29,935 nucleotides of DNA from Clostridia bacterium (GTDB lineage: Bacteria > Bacillota > Clostridia > Christensenellales > UBA1242), in NCBI GenBank assembly GCA_017473285.1, contig JAFULP010000007.1:1-29935 (forward strand). The letters are read 5' to 3'. Positions within the stretch are counted from its first letter, which is position 1. Every line of letters starts with the position of its first letter. Made by a program: the position numbers and the translations under genes. The notes under the pieces were generated by a model. It saw only the letters and a list, made by a program, of their open reading frames with translations, ran no database searches and had not been told where the DNA came from. Shown here piece after piece: positions 16,542 through 24,714 of the stretch.

Positions 16542-17474
16542 ATGAAAATAAAATGTCGAATTTTGTCAATTGCTGTCGTAGCTGTTGCAGCTGTTGCTTC
16601 CATAGTGAGCGCAGTAAAGATATCAAGAAAAACCAATGATAGAGTTGTGTATGCGGACTCTATTAGTTTTTGCGGTATGATTGGTGGTGCTGAAATTTAC
16701 ATTGATAATGAGTTGGTTGTAGACGACAATTTAATTACAATAACTCCTAGTGACTGTACTGTTACGCCTGAATTTACAATTAAAAAGTCGGGCAATAGTG
16801 AAGAAGTTGAGATTAGTGAAAGTAAATATACATTTACATCAGCGGGCAAATACACACTTGCTTGCAAAATAAAAGCAAACGAAAATTATTATTTAAAAGA
16901 CACCATTGCTTTGACCGTTGTGGACAATCCGTCAACCACAACCAGTATGTATATCAAACAAGAGAACAAAATATCGCTATATGTTGACGATGAAATAGAT
17001 TTATCATCAGTTGCCAAAACTATTTGTCCAGCCGACGCAACGGTGGAAATAAGTTGTGATGAAAATTTATCCATCAACAACGACATTGTCACTGCAATCA
17101 ATAGCGGACTTGGCAAAATTGATGTTGTTTTAAAGTTTGATAACATAGTTGTATGTAAAACAATTTCTATAATTATAAAACCAAAAATTATTGAAAACGA
17201 TATCGCATTAAGACTGACAGTTGGTGCTAAGAAGATAGAAAATGATACAATAGAAATCAAACATTCAAAACTTAGTTTTACTATGGCGTATGAATTAATT
17301 AACATTGACAATCAATTTATTAATTGCTGGGTTAATGACGATGTTGTTAAAATACTTAATTGTAATCCTATGATAATTGAGTTGTTGCCGCTAGAAATTG
17401 GCGAAACAATTTTGTACATAAGTCCAGTGGGATATGATAGCATAGTGTTTGAAATTGTAATAAAGATTATTTGA
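16542..17474 (+). CDS. Secreted or membrane-anchored beta-rich hypothetical protein (Ig-like repeats possible)
   Basis: N-terminal hydrophobic helix, then Ile/Val/Thr-rich beta-strand patterns; start revised to ATG 16542. Confidence 0.7.
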   Translation: MKIKCRILSIAVVAVAAVASIVSAVKISRKTNDRVVYADSISFCGMIGGAEIYIDNELVVDDNLITITPSDCTVTPEFTIKKSGNSEEVEISESKYTFTSAGKYTLACKIKANENYYLKDTIALTVVDNPSTTTSMYIKQENKISLYVDDEIDLSSVAKTICPADATVEISCDENLSINNDIVTAINSGLGKIDVVLKFDNIVVCKTISIIIKPKIIENDIALRLTVGAKKIENDTIEIKHSKLSFTMAYELINIDNQFINCWVNDDVVKILNCNPMIIELLPLEIGETILYISPVGYDSIVFEIVIKII

Positions 17475-17499
17475 CACAATTGATAAATAATAGTATAAT
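17471..17499 (+). promoter_or_regulatory. Perfect sigma-A consensus promoter of the ferredoxin
   Basis: TTGACA-N17-TATAAT; the -35 overlaps the upstream TGA stop. Confidence 0.85.
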
Positions 17500-17520
17500 A
17501 ACTAAAACAAAGGAGAATAT

Positions 17521-17691
17521 ATGAAGGTTAATAAAGAAAAGTGTTTGGGATGTGGAGCGTGTGCTTCAATGTGCCCAGTAAATGCAATAGCTATGAAGGG
17601 TGGCAAAGCCGAAATTAATAAAAAGAAATGTATTAAGTGCGGTACTTGTATGCAAATTTGCCCAGTAAACGCAATTACGGATGAAGATTAA
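17521..17691 (+). CDS. 2[4Fe-4S] ferredoxin, 56 aa (absent from the ORF track)
   Basis: MKVNKEKCLGCGACASMCPVNAIAMKGGKAEINKKKCIKCGTCMQICPVNAITDED has two CxxCxxCxxxCP motifs; AAGGAG SD. Confidence 0.93.
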   Translation: MKVNKEKCLGCGACASMCPVNAIAMKGGKAEINKKKCIKCGTCMQICPVNAITDED

Positions 17692-17704
17692 TAAATGTTT
17701 ATAA

Positions 17705-17737
17705 AAAAATAAGCCCTATTATTAGGACTTATTTTTT
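17705..17737. terminator. Terminator between the ferredoxin and argS
   Basis: aaaaaataagccct-attatt-aggacttatttttt; the single mismatch is a G.U pair on -. Confidence 0.75.
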
Positions 17738-17744
17738 GTTTAAT

Positions 17745-19424
17745 CTACATTTCTTCCACAGTTTCAATACAAATTAGATTAAATGCTGTGGATAAAACAT
17801 CTTTTACTAATGTTAATAATTGTAATTTTGCCTTTACTTGAGCCATATTGTCATCCAATATTTTGCAAACTGTATAATATTTATTTAAAGTTTTGCACAT
17901 TTCCATACAATATTTCAACACTACACTTGGGTCACGCTTATCGATGGCAAGTGATAAGATATTATCAAGTTGGCAACAAGATTTGATAAGTTCAAAGGCT
18001 TGAGTTTGATTTAAACATGAATAGTCAGGTTCGACACTATCTAATTCCAAACCTTGAGCCTTGCGCAATATGCTCATAATTCTAGTATATGTATATTGCA
18101 TATATGGTGCGGTTTCGCCTTCAAAACTAAATGCACGGTCGATATCAAATATAGCATCTTTGTTACGGTCAATGTTAATAGCATTAAAACTTAACACACC
18201 TTTAGCCACTTTCATAGCCACATCTTCAGGCTTTTCAATGCTAAAAGTACGATTTTTTATTACATCTTTTGCTTTATCAAGCACATAATCAATCAAATCT
18301 ACCAGCACGGCTTGCTTGCCATGACGGGATGAAATTTTGCCACTAGGCAAACTAAATCTGCCATAAGATATATGTTCAAGTGAACTGCTAAAAGGCATAT
18401 CCGCTAGTTCTAATACTTTAAAGAATTGGGCAAAGTGAAGTTTTTGCTCAACAGCAGTTAGATACAGCATTTTATCAAACTTATAAGTGTTGTATCTATC
18501 GATTGCAGCAGCAATATCACGAGATGCGTAAATGCTAGCTCCGTCACTACGCTTAACCAAGCAAGGTGGCATATCAAATTTGGACAAATCTACAATAGTA
18601 GCGCCTTCACTGATTGACAACAAACCCTTCTCATCAAGCATTTTAACCACATCATTTAACTCTTCAGCATAACTTGCTTCACCTTTCCACGAATCAAAGT
18701 GAATACCCAAAATATCTAGCAAGCGCTCTGCTTCTTTTCGTGCAACTTCAATAATTTGCTGATAAATAGGATAAATTTCAGCATCTTTATCTTCAATTTT
18801 TTTGGATAGGTCACGAGCCAATTGTTGCAAATTTTCATCATCGGCTTCAGCGGCACAGAATTTAACATAGTATTCTTGCAAGGCATCAATACCACGAGTT
18901 TTTACATCTTCATCGGTGCCCCACATTTGAAGCCCTGCAATAATTTTGCCATACGGTGTGCCATAATCGCCAATATAATTAATTCTAACTACCTTGTAGC
19001 CAAAATGTTCAAACAATCTAGCCAAACTTTCGCCCAAGAAACTGTTTTTTAAATGACCAATATGCATATATTTGGCAAGGTTTACCGAGCAATAATCAAT
19101 GCACACTACTTTATCGTTTGAGTTATGCTTAGGTACAACAAAGTTATTTAACACATTTTTACTTACATTTTCTTTGTTTAAAAAGAAATTTACATAACCT
19201 GCCACGCTTTCAACTTTTTCAATATTTGAGTTGTCAATATTTAAACTTTTAGCAATTTCATCGGCAATAATCATAGGGGCTTTACGCAAAGTTTTAGCAA
19301 GCGAAAAACAAGGCAAGCAATAGTCACCTTTAGTTTCGTCAATGCTTTCAATTAGCAAGCCATTTAAATCACCATAATCTTTTAATTGTTCTAATACTGA
19401 ATATACTTCTTGTTTTAAATTCAT
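17745..19424 (-). CDS. argS: Arginine--tRNA ligase
   Basis: GDY, GYVNF, DYCSVNLAKYMHIGH (HIGH motif), YIGDYG, GKISSRHG, FEGETAPYMQY. Confidence 0.96.
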   Translation of the reverse strand: MNLKQEVYSVLEQLKDYGDLNGLLIESIDETKGDYCLPCFSLAKTLRKAPMIIADEIAKSLNIDNSNIEKVESVAGYVNFFLNKENVSKNVLNNFVVPKHNSNDKVVCIDYCSVNLAKYMHIGHLKNSFLGESLARLFEHFGYKVVRINYIGDYGTPYGKIIAGLQMWGTDEDVKTRGIDALQEYYVKFCAAEADDENLQQLARDLSKKIEDKDAEIYPIYQQIIEVARKEAERLLDILGIHFDSWKGEASYAEELNDVVKMLDEKGLLSISEGATIVDLSKFDMPPCLVKRSDGASIYASRDIAAAIDRYNTYKFDKMLYLTAVEQKLHFAQFFKVLELADMPFSSSLEHISYGRFSLPSGKISSRHGKQAVLVDLIDYVLDKAKDVIKNRTFSIEKPEDVAMKVAKGVLSFNAINIDRNKDAIFDIDRAFSFEGETAPYMQYTYTRIMSILRKAQGLELDSVEPDYSCLNQTQAFELIKSCCQLDNILSLAIDKRDPSVVLKYCMEMCKTLNKYYTVCKILDDNMAQVKAKLQLLTLVKDVLSTAFNLICIETVEEM

Positions 19425-19436
19425 AACAATATCCTT

Positions 19437-19784
19437 TTAATTAAACAAACTTCCCGCTGTTTTGCTATAGGCTCTAACCAGTCCGCCAGCACCCAATTTA
19501 ATTCCGCCAAAATACCTAACTACTATTACAAGCGTATTTTTACATCCACGCTTTTTAATAACATTCATAATAGGAGCGCCCGCCGTACCTTTAGGTTCGC
19601 CATCATCACTACACTTTTCTAGTACCTTATCCACACTATACACATAAGCGTAACATATATGAGTGGCTTTTTTGTGTTCAAGTTTAACTTTGTTTAAAGT
19701 GTCGGCAATATTCTGTTCACAACTCAACGGTTGCATAATGCCTATAAAGCGAGATTTGTTAATAATGAGTTCGCTAGTTTTCAT
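19437..19784 (-). CDS. yigZ: IMPACT/YigZ family protein (N-terminal UPF0029 domain only)
   Basis: KSRF, ATH.CYAY, SDDGEP.GTAG, VVRYFGGIKLGAGGLVRAY; start revised to ATG 19784. Confidence 0.88.
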   Translation of the reverse strand: MKTSELIINKSRFIGIMQPLSCEQNIADTLNKVKLEHKKATHICYAYVYSVDKVLEKCSDDGEPKGTAGAPIMNVIKKRGCKNTLVIVVRYFGGIKLGAGGLVRAYSKTAGSLFN

Positions 19785-19791
19785 AAACAAT

Positions 19792-19820
19792 ATTTTATCA
19801 TATAAATTTTGATTAATCAA
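19792..19820 (-). promoter_or_regulatory. Promoter positioned for a leaderless start (yigZ-argS)
   Basis: TTGATT-N17-(TG)TAAAAT-N7-ATG, no SD. Confidence 0.65.
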
Positions 19821-19913
19821 TATTTATAAGCAAACAAATTTAAATAAATGGTATTTTAATTATAATAAACGCTACCAACCATATCATAATTGCAACTAAT
19901 TGGCTAAATATTA

Positions 19914-19942
19914 TTGTAAAAACAAATAAAATTAAGTATAAT
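19914..19942 (+). promoter_or_regulatory. Promoter positioned for a leaderless start (lepB)
   Basis: TTGTAA-N17-TATAAT-N6-ATG. Confidence 0.7.
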
Positions 19943-19948
19943 AAGGAT

Positions 19949-20602
19949 ATGTACAAGTTGCCACGGACTAAAATAAATTTGTTAAGAGCAATAGCAGTCG
20001 CTATAGCAATTTTTGCCATAGTAGTTAGTGTGTGCACGGTGTTTAATGTGGTGTATATTAGGACATATGTAAATGGCAAATCTATGCAACCTACGCTGAA
20101 CACCAGTTTTGATATTACTGACAAACGAGATGTGGTGTATATTAACCGATTTGCAAAAGTGTCAGCCGACGATATAGTAGTGTTGGACTTGCGTAATCAT
20201 CCCAATTTTAGTGGTTACACCGTTAAAAGATTGATTGCAACCGAGGGTGATATAGTAAATATTGTGTACAATAGCCAAAGTCAGGAATATGATTTGCTAG
20301 TAAACGATGCGGTGTTTTATTCAAAACCAAATTTAGGTGGTGGATACAACACATACAATAGTTTTTTGCAATATATTGAAAACCATGAGCAAGATGCAAG
20401 CCGAATTTATAAGGAAAATGATATCGCACAAGGCGTAATTGTTAAAAAGGGCGAAATTTTTGTGCTGGGTGATAACTGGGAGGTTTCAAAAGACTCATCT
20501 TTAGTTGGTCCACTTAAGAAAAATACTATAGTGGGCAGAGTGGATATTGTGGTAAAGCCACATCAAAACGAATTTGTGCAAATATTAAAACGAATATTTT
20601 AA
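19949..20602 (+). CDS. lepB: Signal peptidase I (S26A)
   Basis: N-terminal TM, GKSMQPTL (catalytic Ser), VKRLIA (Lys), VLGDN...SKDS, VGRV. Confidence 0.9.
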   Translation: MYKLPRTKINLLRAIAVAIAIFAIVVSVCTVFNVVYIRTYVNGKSMQPTLNTSFDITDKRDVVYINRFAKVSADDIVVLDLRNHPNFSGYTVKRLIATEGDIVNIVYNSQSQEYDLLVNDAVFYSKPNLGGGYNTYNSFLQYIENHEQDASRIYKENDIAQGVIVKKGEIFVLGDNWEVSKDSSLVGPLKKNTIVGRVDIVVKPHQNEFVQILKRIF

Positions 20603-20715
20603 AAATTATTAATTAAAATAATATAAAACATTTGAAATTTGTTATCAACATATGCTATAATAGAAATAACAATTAAAGTTTTAAATCAAATTAAATATTT
20701 AGGGGGATCTATATA

Positions 20716-21321
20716 ATGGAACAAGTATCGATGTGGTGCGGAATTGCGGGTATAGTTATTTCAGTGTTTGCTGTAATCATACTATATCTTACCAGAAGCA
20801 ATATCATAGATTTGCTGGATAGGGATATAATTATGTACGACAAAAACTATGAACTTAAAAAGGATGCGTTGGAAAATGCATTTAATTGTTTGGATGCGGT
20901 ATCTCAAAATGGGATTGAAATCAAAAGTAATCCACAATATGCTCAAAGGGCAAAAGAAGCGTATAACGGGTTATTGTGTACATTAATTTCACCAAAATTG
21001 TATCAAGAATTTTATCGTTTAGCGGTGGACAAAACAACAACTGGATACACTATTCAAGACATTGAAAAATTTAAAATACATTGTCGTAAGGAATTGGTTG
21101 CCAAGCATAAAAAGAAAAATGAAGGGTTTAAAGGCTCAACTTCGGGCGAATTGGCTGATAATAACGTAATATCTACTCCAACCCAACCAATGTCAGCCCC
21201 AAGCAGACCTACTCAATCTATGCCACAACAACGCCCTTCACAACTAAGACCTACTCAACCTATGCCACGCCAACAAGTGCGCCCACAAGGCACAGACAAG
21301 CCACAACAAGACAACGATTAG
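20716..21321 (+). CDS. Membrane-anchored hypothetical protein with Pro/Gln-rich tail
   Basis: N-terminal TM helix, GGGGGA SD, low-complexity C-terminus. Confidence 0.75.
   Translation: MEQVSMWCGIAGIVISVFAVIILYLTRSNIIDLLDRDIIMYDKNYELKKDALENAFNCLDAVSQNGIEIKSNPQYAQRAKEAYNGLLCTLISPKLYQEFYRLAVDKTTTGYTIQDIEKFKIHCRKELVAKHKKKNEGFKGSTSGELADNNVISTPTQPMSAPSRPTQSMPQQRPSQLRPTQPMPRQQVRPQGTDKPQQDND
21205..21288 (+). repeat. Imperfect 42-nt in-frame tandem repeat (RPTQxMP units)
   Basis: agacctactcaa(t/c)ctatgccac at 21205 and 21247. Confidence 0.7.
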
Positions 21322-21338
21322 GTGTAATTTTGATAATA

Positions 21339-21372
21339 AAAAAACTTCACTTCATTAATAGTGAGGTTTTTT
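21339..21372. terminator. Terminator between convergent genes
   Basis: aaaaaacttcact-tcattaat-agtgaggtttttt. Confidence 0.75.
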
Positions 21373-21382
21373 GTTTAATTCC

Positions 21383-22486
21383 TTATTTTGTATGAGATTT
21401 TTTAAGGTATTCGTTTATCAGTGGTTGAAGATTGCCGTCCATCACATCTTGAACATCGCTTATTTCATAATCGGTGCGGTGGTCCTTAACCATTGTATAA
21501 GGTTGAAAGATGTAACTACGAATTTGGCTTCCCCATTCAATTTTCTTTAATTCTCCCTTGATGTCTCGCATTTTTTGTTGTTCTTCTTCCAGTTTAAGCG
21601 ACAACAATTTACTTTTTAATATTTTAAGTGCGTTTTCACGATTTTGCAATTGGCTTCTTTCGTTTTGACAAGTAACCACAATCCCACTAGGCAAGTGGGT
21701 AATTCTAACAGCCGAATCAGTAGTATTAACATGCTGCCCGCCAGCTCCCGAACTGCGATAAGTGTCAATTTTTAAATCATCATTATTAACTACAATATCT
21801 CCTTCGCTAGTAATTTCAGGCGCCACTTCCACGCTTGCAAAGGTCGTATGACGGCGCTTTGATGCATCAAAAGGCGAAATTCTAACTAATCTATGAACGC
21901 CCATTTCGCTACGAAGTTTGCCATAAGCATATTCACCTTTGGCTAGGAAAGTTATGCTTTTTAGCCCAACACCACCCCCGTCGATACTATCAACAATTGT
22001 TACATCAATATTATTGTCGTTGCAATACATATTGTACATACGATACAACATACTTACCCAATCTTGAGATTCCGTTCCGCCAGCGCCCGAATGAATTGTA
22101 ATGATTGCATTGCAAATATCATACTTGCCATCCAAAAGAGTGCGTATACTTAAATTATCAATTTCTTCTGCCAAATTTACCACTTCGCAATAAATTTCGT
22201 TCAAAGATGATAAATCATCGCTTTGTTCTAGCATATCTTTAAGTTCGGCTAGACTTGCAAGACGATTTTGCAAACTATTAACCTTGTCAAACAATGATTG
22301 TAAACTTTTAATTTCCTTGTTAGTGTTCATAGCAAAATCTACATTGGACCAAAACGATAGTGACTCCCGTTCCTTTAATAGGCCAGCAAGGCGCAAAGAC
22401 GACTCCTTTAGATTAAGACAGGACTTGGTTAATTCAAACTTTTCAATCAAATTACCAATTTCTTGTTCGATATTTTCAATATTCAT
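21383..22486 (-). CDS. prfB: Peptide chain release factor 2, uninterrupted ORF
   Basis: SGAGGTE, VRISPF (RF2-specific SPF), GAGGQHVN, WGSQIRSY. Confidence 0.95.
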   Translation of the reverse strand: MNIENIEQEIGNLIEKFELTKSCLNLKESSLRLAGLLKERESLSFWSNVDFAMNTNKEIKSLQSLFDKVNSLQNRLASLAELKDMLEQSDDLSSLNEIYCEVVNLAEEIDNLSIRTLLDGKYDICNAIITIHSGAGGTESQDWVSMLYRMYNMYCNDNNIDVTIVDSIDGGGVGLKSITFLAKGEYAYGKLRSEMGVHRLVRISPFDASKRRHTTFASVEVAPEITSEGDIVVNNDDLKIDTYRSSGAGGQHVNTTDSAVRITHLPSGIVVTCQNERSQLQNRENALKILKSKLLSLKLEEEQQKMRDIKGELKKIEWGSQIRSYIFQPYTMVKDHRTDYEISDVQDVMDGNLQPLINEYLKKSHTK

Positions 22487-22505
22487 AACATCATTCCTTT
22501 ATAAA

Positions 22506-22534
22506 AGTATACAAAAACAATATTTAAATGTCAA
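22506..22534 (-). promoter_or_regulatory. Sigma-A promoter of prfB
   Basis: TTGACA-N17-TATACT. Confidence 0.75.
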
Positions 22535-22537
22535 AGA

Positions 22538-22562
22538 AAAAAAATAAAAACCCTTTCGGGTT
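22538..22562 (-). terminator. GAAA-tetraloop terminator after the PAP2 gene
   Basis: On - aaccc-GAAA-gggtt followed by a long T-run. Confidence 0.75.
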
Positions 22563-22576
22563 CATATTTTTTAAAC

Positions 22577-23338
22577 TTATTCGTTATTTTTGTCATCTAA
22601 ATTTCCAGCATTACTTGTTGGATTTTCACCACTTGTTTCTTGACTTTGTGGCACATATATAAATTCTTCTACTTTTTCAGTTGTGTTATTACTTTGAGTG
22701 TTGGCTACTGGGTTTGATGCCTTTGTGTCTTTAGGACGGAATAAATCAAACTCTCTTAACCACACAAAGAACTTGAACTTACTAGCGTAAATAAATTTCA
22801 CAATCAAATACGAAATTATAGTAACAACTGCTCCAACAACCAATCCGCCAAGGCAATCGGTAAAATAATGTACCATTAAATAAATTCGGCTACTAGCCAT
22901 AGCAATTGGTAGCAACAATATTGGCCAACTATACTTTTTGTTGGTTGTTAAAAATATTGCCACGGCAAAGGCGGTAGTTGCAGTTGTGTGCCCTGATGGG
23001 AACGAATGTCCGCTTTCAAAATTTGCCCCCGCATCTAACCACCATTTATAAAAATCACTACTTACATTTTCAAACGGTCTTGCTCTGCCAATAGCATTTT
23101 TTAATATGATATTAGTAAACACAAAGCCTAAAGCTACAGCAAGTAATATTGTCCCGCCAATTTTTCGGGTACGCTTAAACAATGCTAAACCTAGCCCAAC
23201 AAGCAAAAACAATATGCCAGCCTCAGCAATATAACTTATACCCTTCATGCAAAAATTGGCAAACTCACCGCCAATTGAGTATATTTTATGAAACAATTCT
23301 GCAACTTGGTGGTCTATTTTAAAAATAAAATCACTCAT
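22577..23338 (-). CDS. PAP2 family phosphatase (candidate undecaprenyl-pyrophosphate phosphatase)
   Basis: K-x6-RP (KNAIGRARP), SFPSGH, SR-x5-H-x3-D; start revised to ATG 23338 (AAGGGGTG SD). Confidence 0.88.
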   Translation of the reverse strand: MSDFIFKIDHQVAELFHKIYSIGGEFANFCMKGISYIAEAGILFLLVGLGLALFKRTRKIGGTILLAVALGFVFTNIILKNAIGRARPFENVSSDFYKWWLDAGANFESGHSFPSGHTTATTAFAVAIFLTTNKKYSWPILLLPIAMASSRIYLMVHYFTDCLGGLVVGAVVTIISYLIVKFIYASKFKFFVWLREFDLFRPKDTKASNPVANTQSNNTTEKVEEFIYVPQSQETSGENPTSNAGNLDDKNNE

Positions 23339-23353
23339 AATCACCCCTTAAGA

Positions 23354-24640
23354 TTATTTTTGTTCGGCAATAGTTTTATCTTTCAAAATAAAGAATATTG
23401 CAATTAACAGTGGCAAACAAGTAAATAAACTGCTAGATATATCTTCAAAGAAGGCGTTTAGTAAAACTATTCCTACTGGCAAGTAACAATAAATATTTTT
23501 ATTAAGTTTTAATTGTTTAAATATAAACACTAGCATAGCAATTAGCATAATTACGCCCACAATCCCAAATCGATAAAGCAATGTAATAAAGAAGTTGTGA
23601 GGAGTGTATTTACCCACGCTGTCGGCTGTAATTCCGCAACCAAACAGTACATACAAAGGTGAACTTGACCAATATTTAAAATATGTTTTCCAAATGCCAA
23701 AGCGTCCTGTGGTTGCTGTGTTTATATCGGCTGTTTGCTTTCCGCCATAAAATCTTCCAATAATCAAGTCAAGATAATTGTTAAATATTATCGCAAGTAA
23801 GGCAACAATAGCCAAACCAGCAACTAAAAATAATACAAATCTTTTTTTGTTATTTGATTTTACAAAACCTAAAATAGTTGCAAGCACATAAGTGATAATT
23901 GTTATTAATAAAAAACTTTTAGAAAATGTGCAAAATCCTATAAAAGTTATAACCAGAACTAGCCAAAACCACTTTTTAATATCAAGTTTGTTAATCAAAA
24001 ACAATGTTAGCAAGCAAGTTTGACACAATGAACAATATAGCGCCAAAGCATTAACATAATTAAAATATCCACCAAATCTAACATATGAAGTTGTTTCCAT
24101 GTATGGAGCAACTGGCAATATGCCACAATTGTAGGAAATTATTGATAACATTGAAGAAGTAATTAAACCTAAACTCAAAATCAGAGTAAGTTTTTTAACA
24201 TTAACATTTCCAACAAAATATATAGTAGCAATGCTAAGTATTATTCCAAACCCTTGCCAATATTTATATACTTTGAATTTACTTATACACAAACCATACA
24301 CAAAGGCAATCAAGCACAACGCTAACACCAAACTAACAAAACAAATATTTTTTTTATTTTTATTTTTGATTGCCAAAATTAATTGCTTAATTAATAATAT
24401 AGCCATCATTAAGTCAACAATTTTTAAAAACATTGACTCAATATTAAAACACGCCATATAGCAAGAGGCGTACGCCCAAAAACACAACTTATCGCTATCA
24501 TTTAGCACAAACAAACTAAGTAGCATCAGTGCAATTAGCATCACAAAAAACATTGAAGACAAAGTCGACAAAAATGCAAAAAAAGTATATGCTATTAGCA
24601 TGTAATAAAATATTTTAGGATTATCTTTAGTTAAAATCAT
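23354..24640 (-). CDS. O-antigen ligase/polymerase-like membrane protein (Wzy_C/WaaL), copy A
   Basis: About 12 TM helices, RFGG..N, TFSKS, TGR..IW, GCG, PHNFF...GIVG. Confidence 0.78.
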   Translation of the reverse strand: MILTKDNPKIFYYMLIAYTFFAFLSTLSSMFFVMLIALMLLSLFVLNDSDKLCFWAYASCYMACFNIESMFLKIVDLMMAILLIKQLILAIKNKNKKNICFVSLVLALCLIAFVYGLCISKFKVYKYWQGFGIILSIATIYFVGNVNVKKLTLILSLGLITSSMLSIISYNCGILPVAPYMETTSYVRFGGYFNYVNALALYCSLCQTCLLTLFLINKLDIKKWFWLVLVITFIGFCTFSKSFLLITIITYVLATILGFVKSNNKKRFVLFLVAGLAIVALLAIIFNNYLDLIIGRFYGGKQTADINTATTGRFGIWKTYFKYWSSSPLYVLFGCGITADSVGKYTPHNFFITLLYRFGIVGVIMLIAMLVFIFKQLKLNKNIYCYLPVGIVLLNAFFEDISSSLFTCLPLLIAIFFILKDKTIAEQK

Positions 24641-24676
24641 TAATACCTTCTTAAAAATATTGTTAAGTTACTATAC

Positions 24677-24705
24677 ATAATAGCATAAACATATCAAATA
24701 GTCAA
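24677..24705 (-). promoter_or_regulatory. Sigma-A promoter of ligase copy A and PAP2
   Basis: TTGACT-N17-(TG)TATTAT. Confidence 0.7.
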
Positions 24706-24714
24706 TCGTAAATT

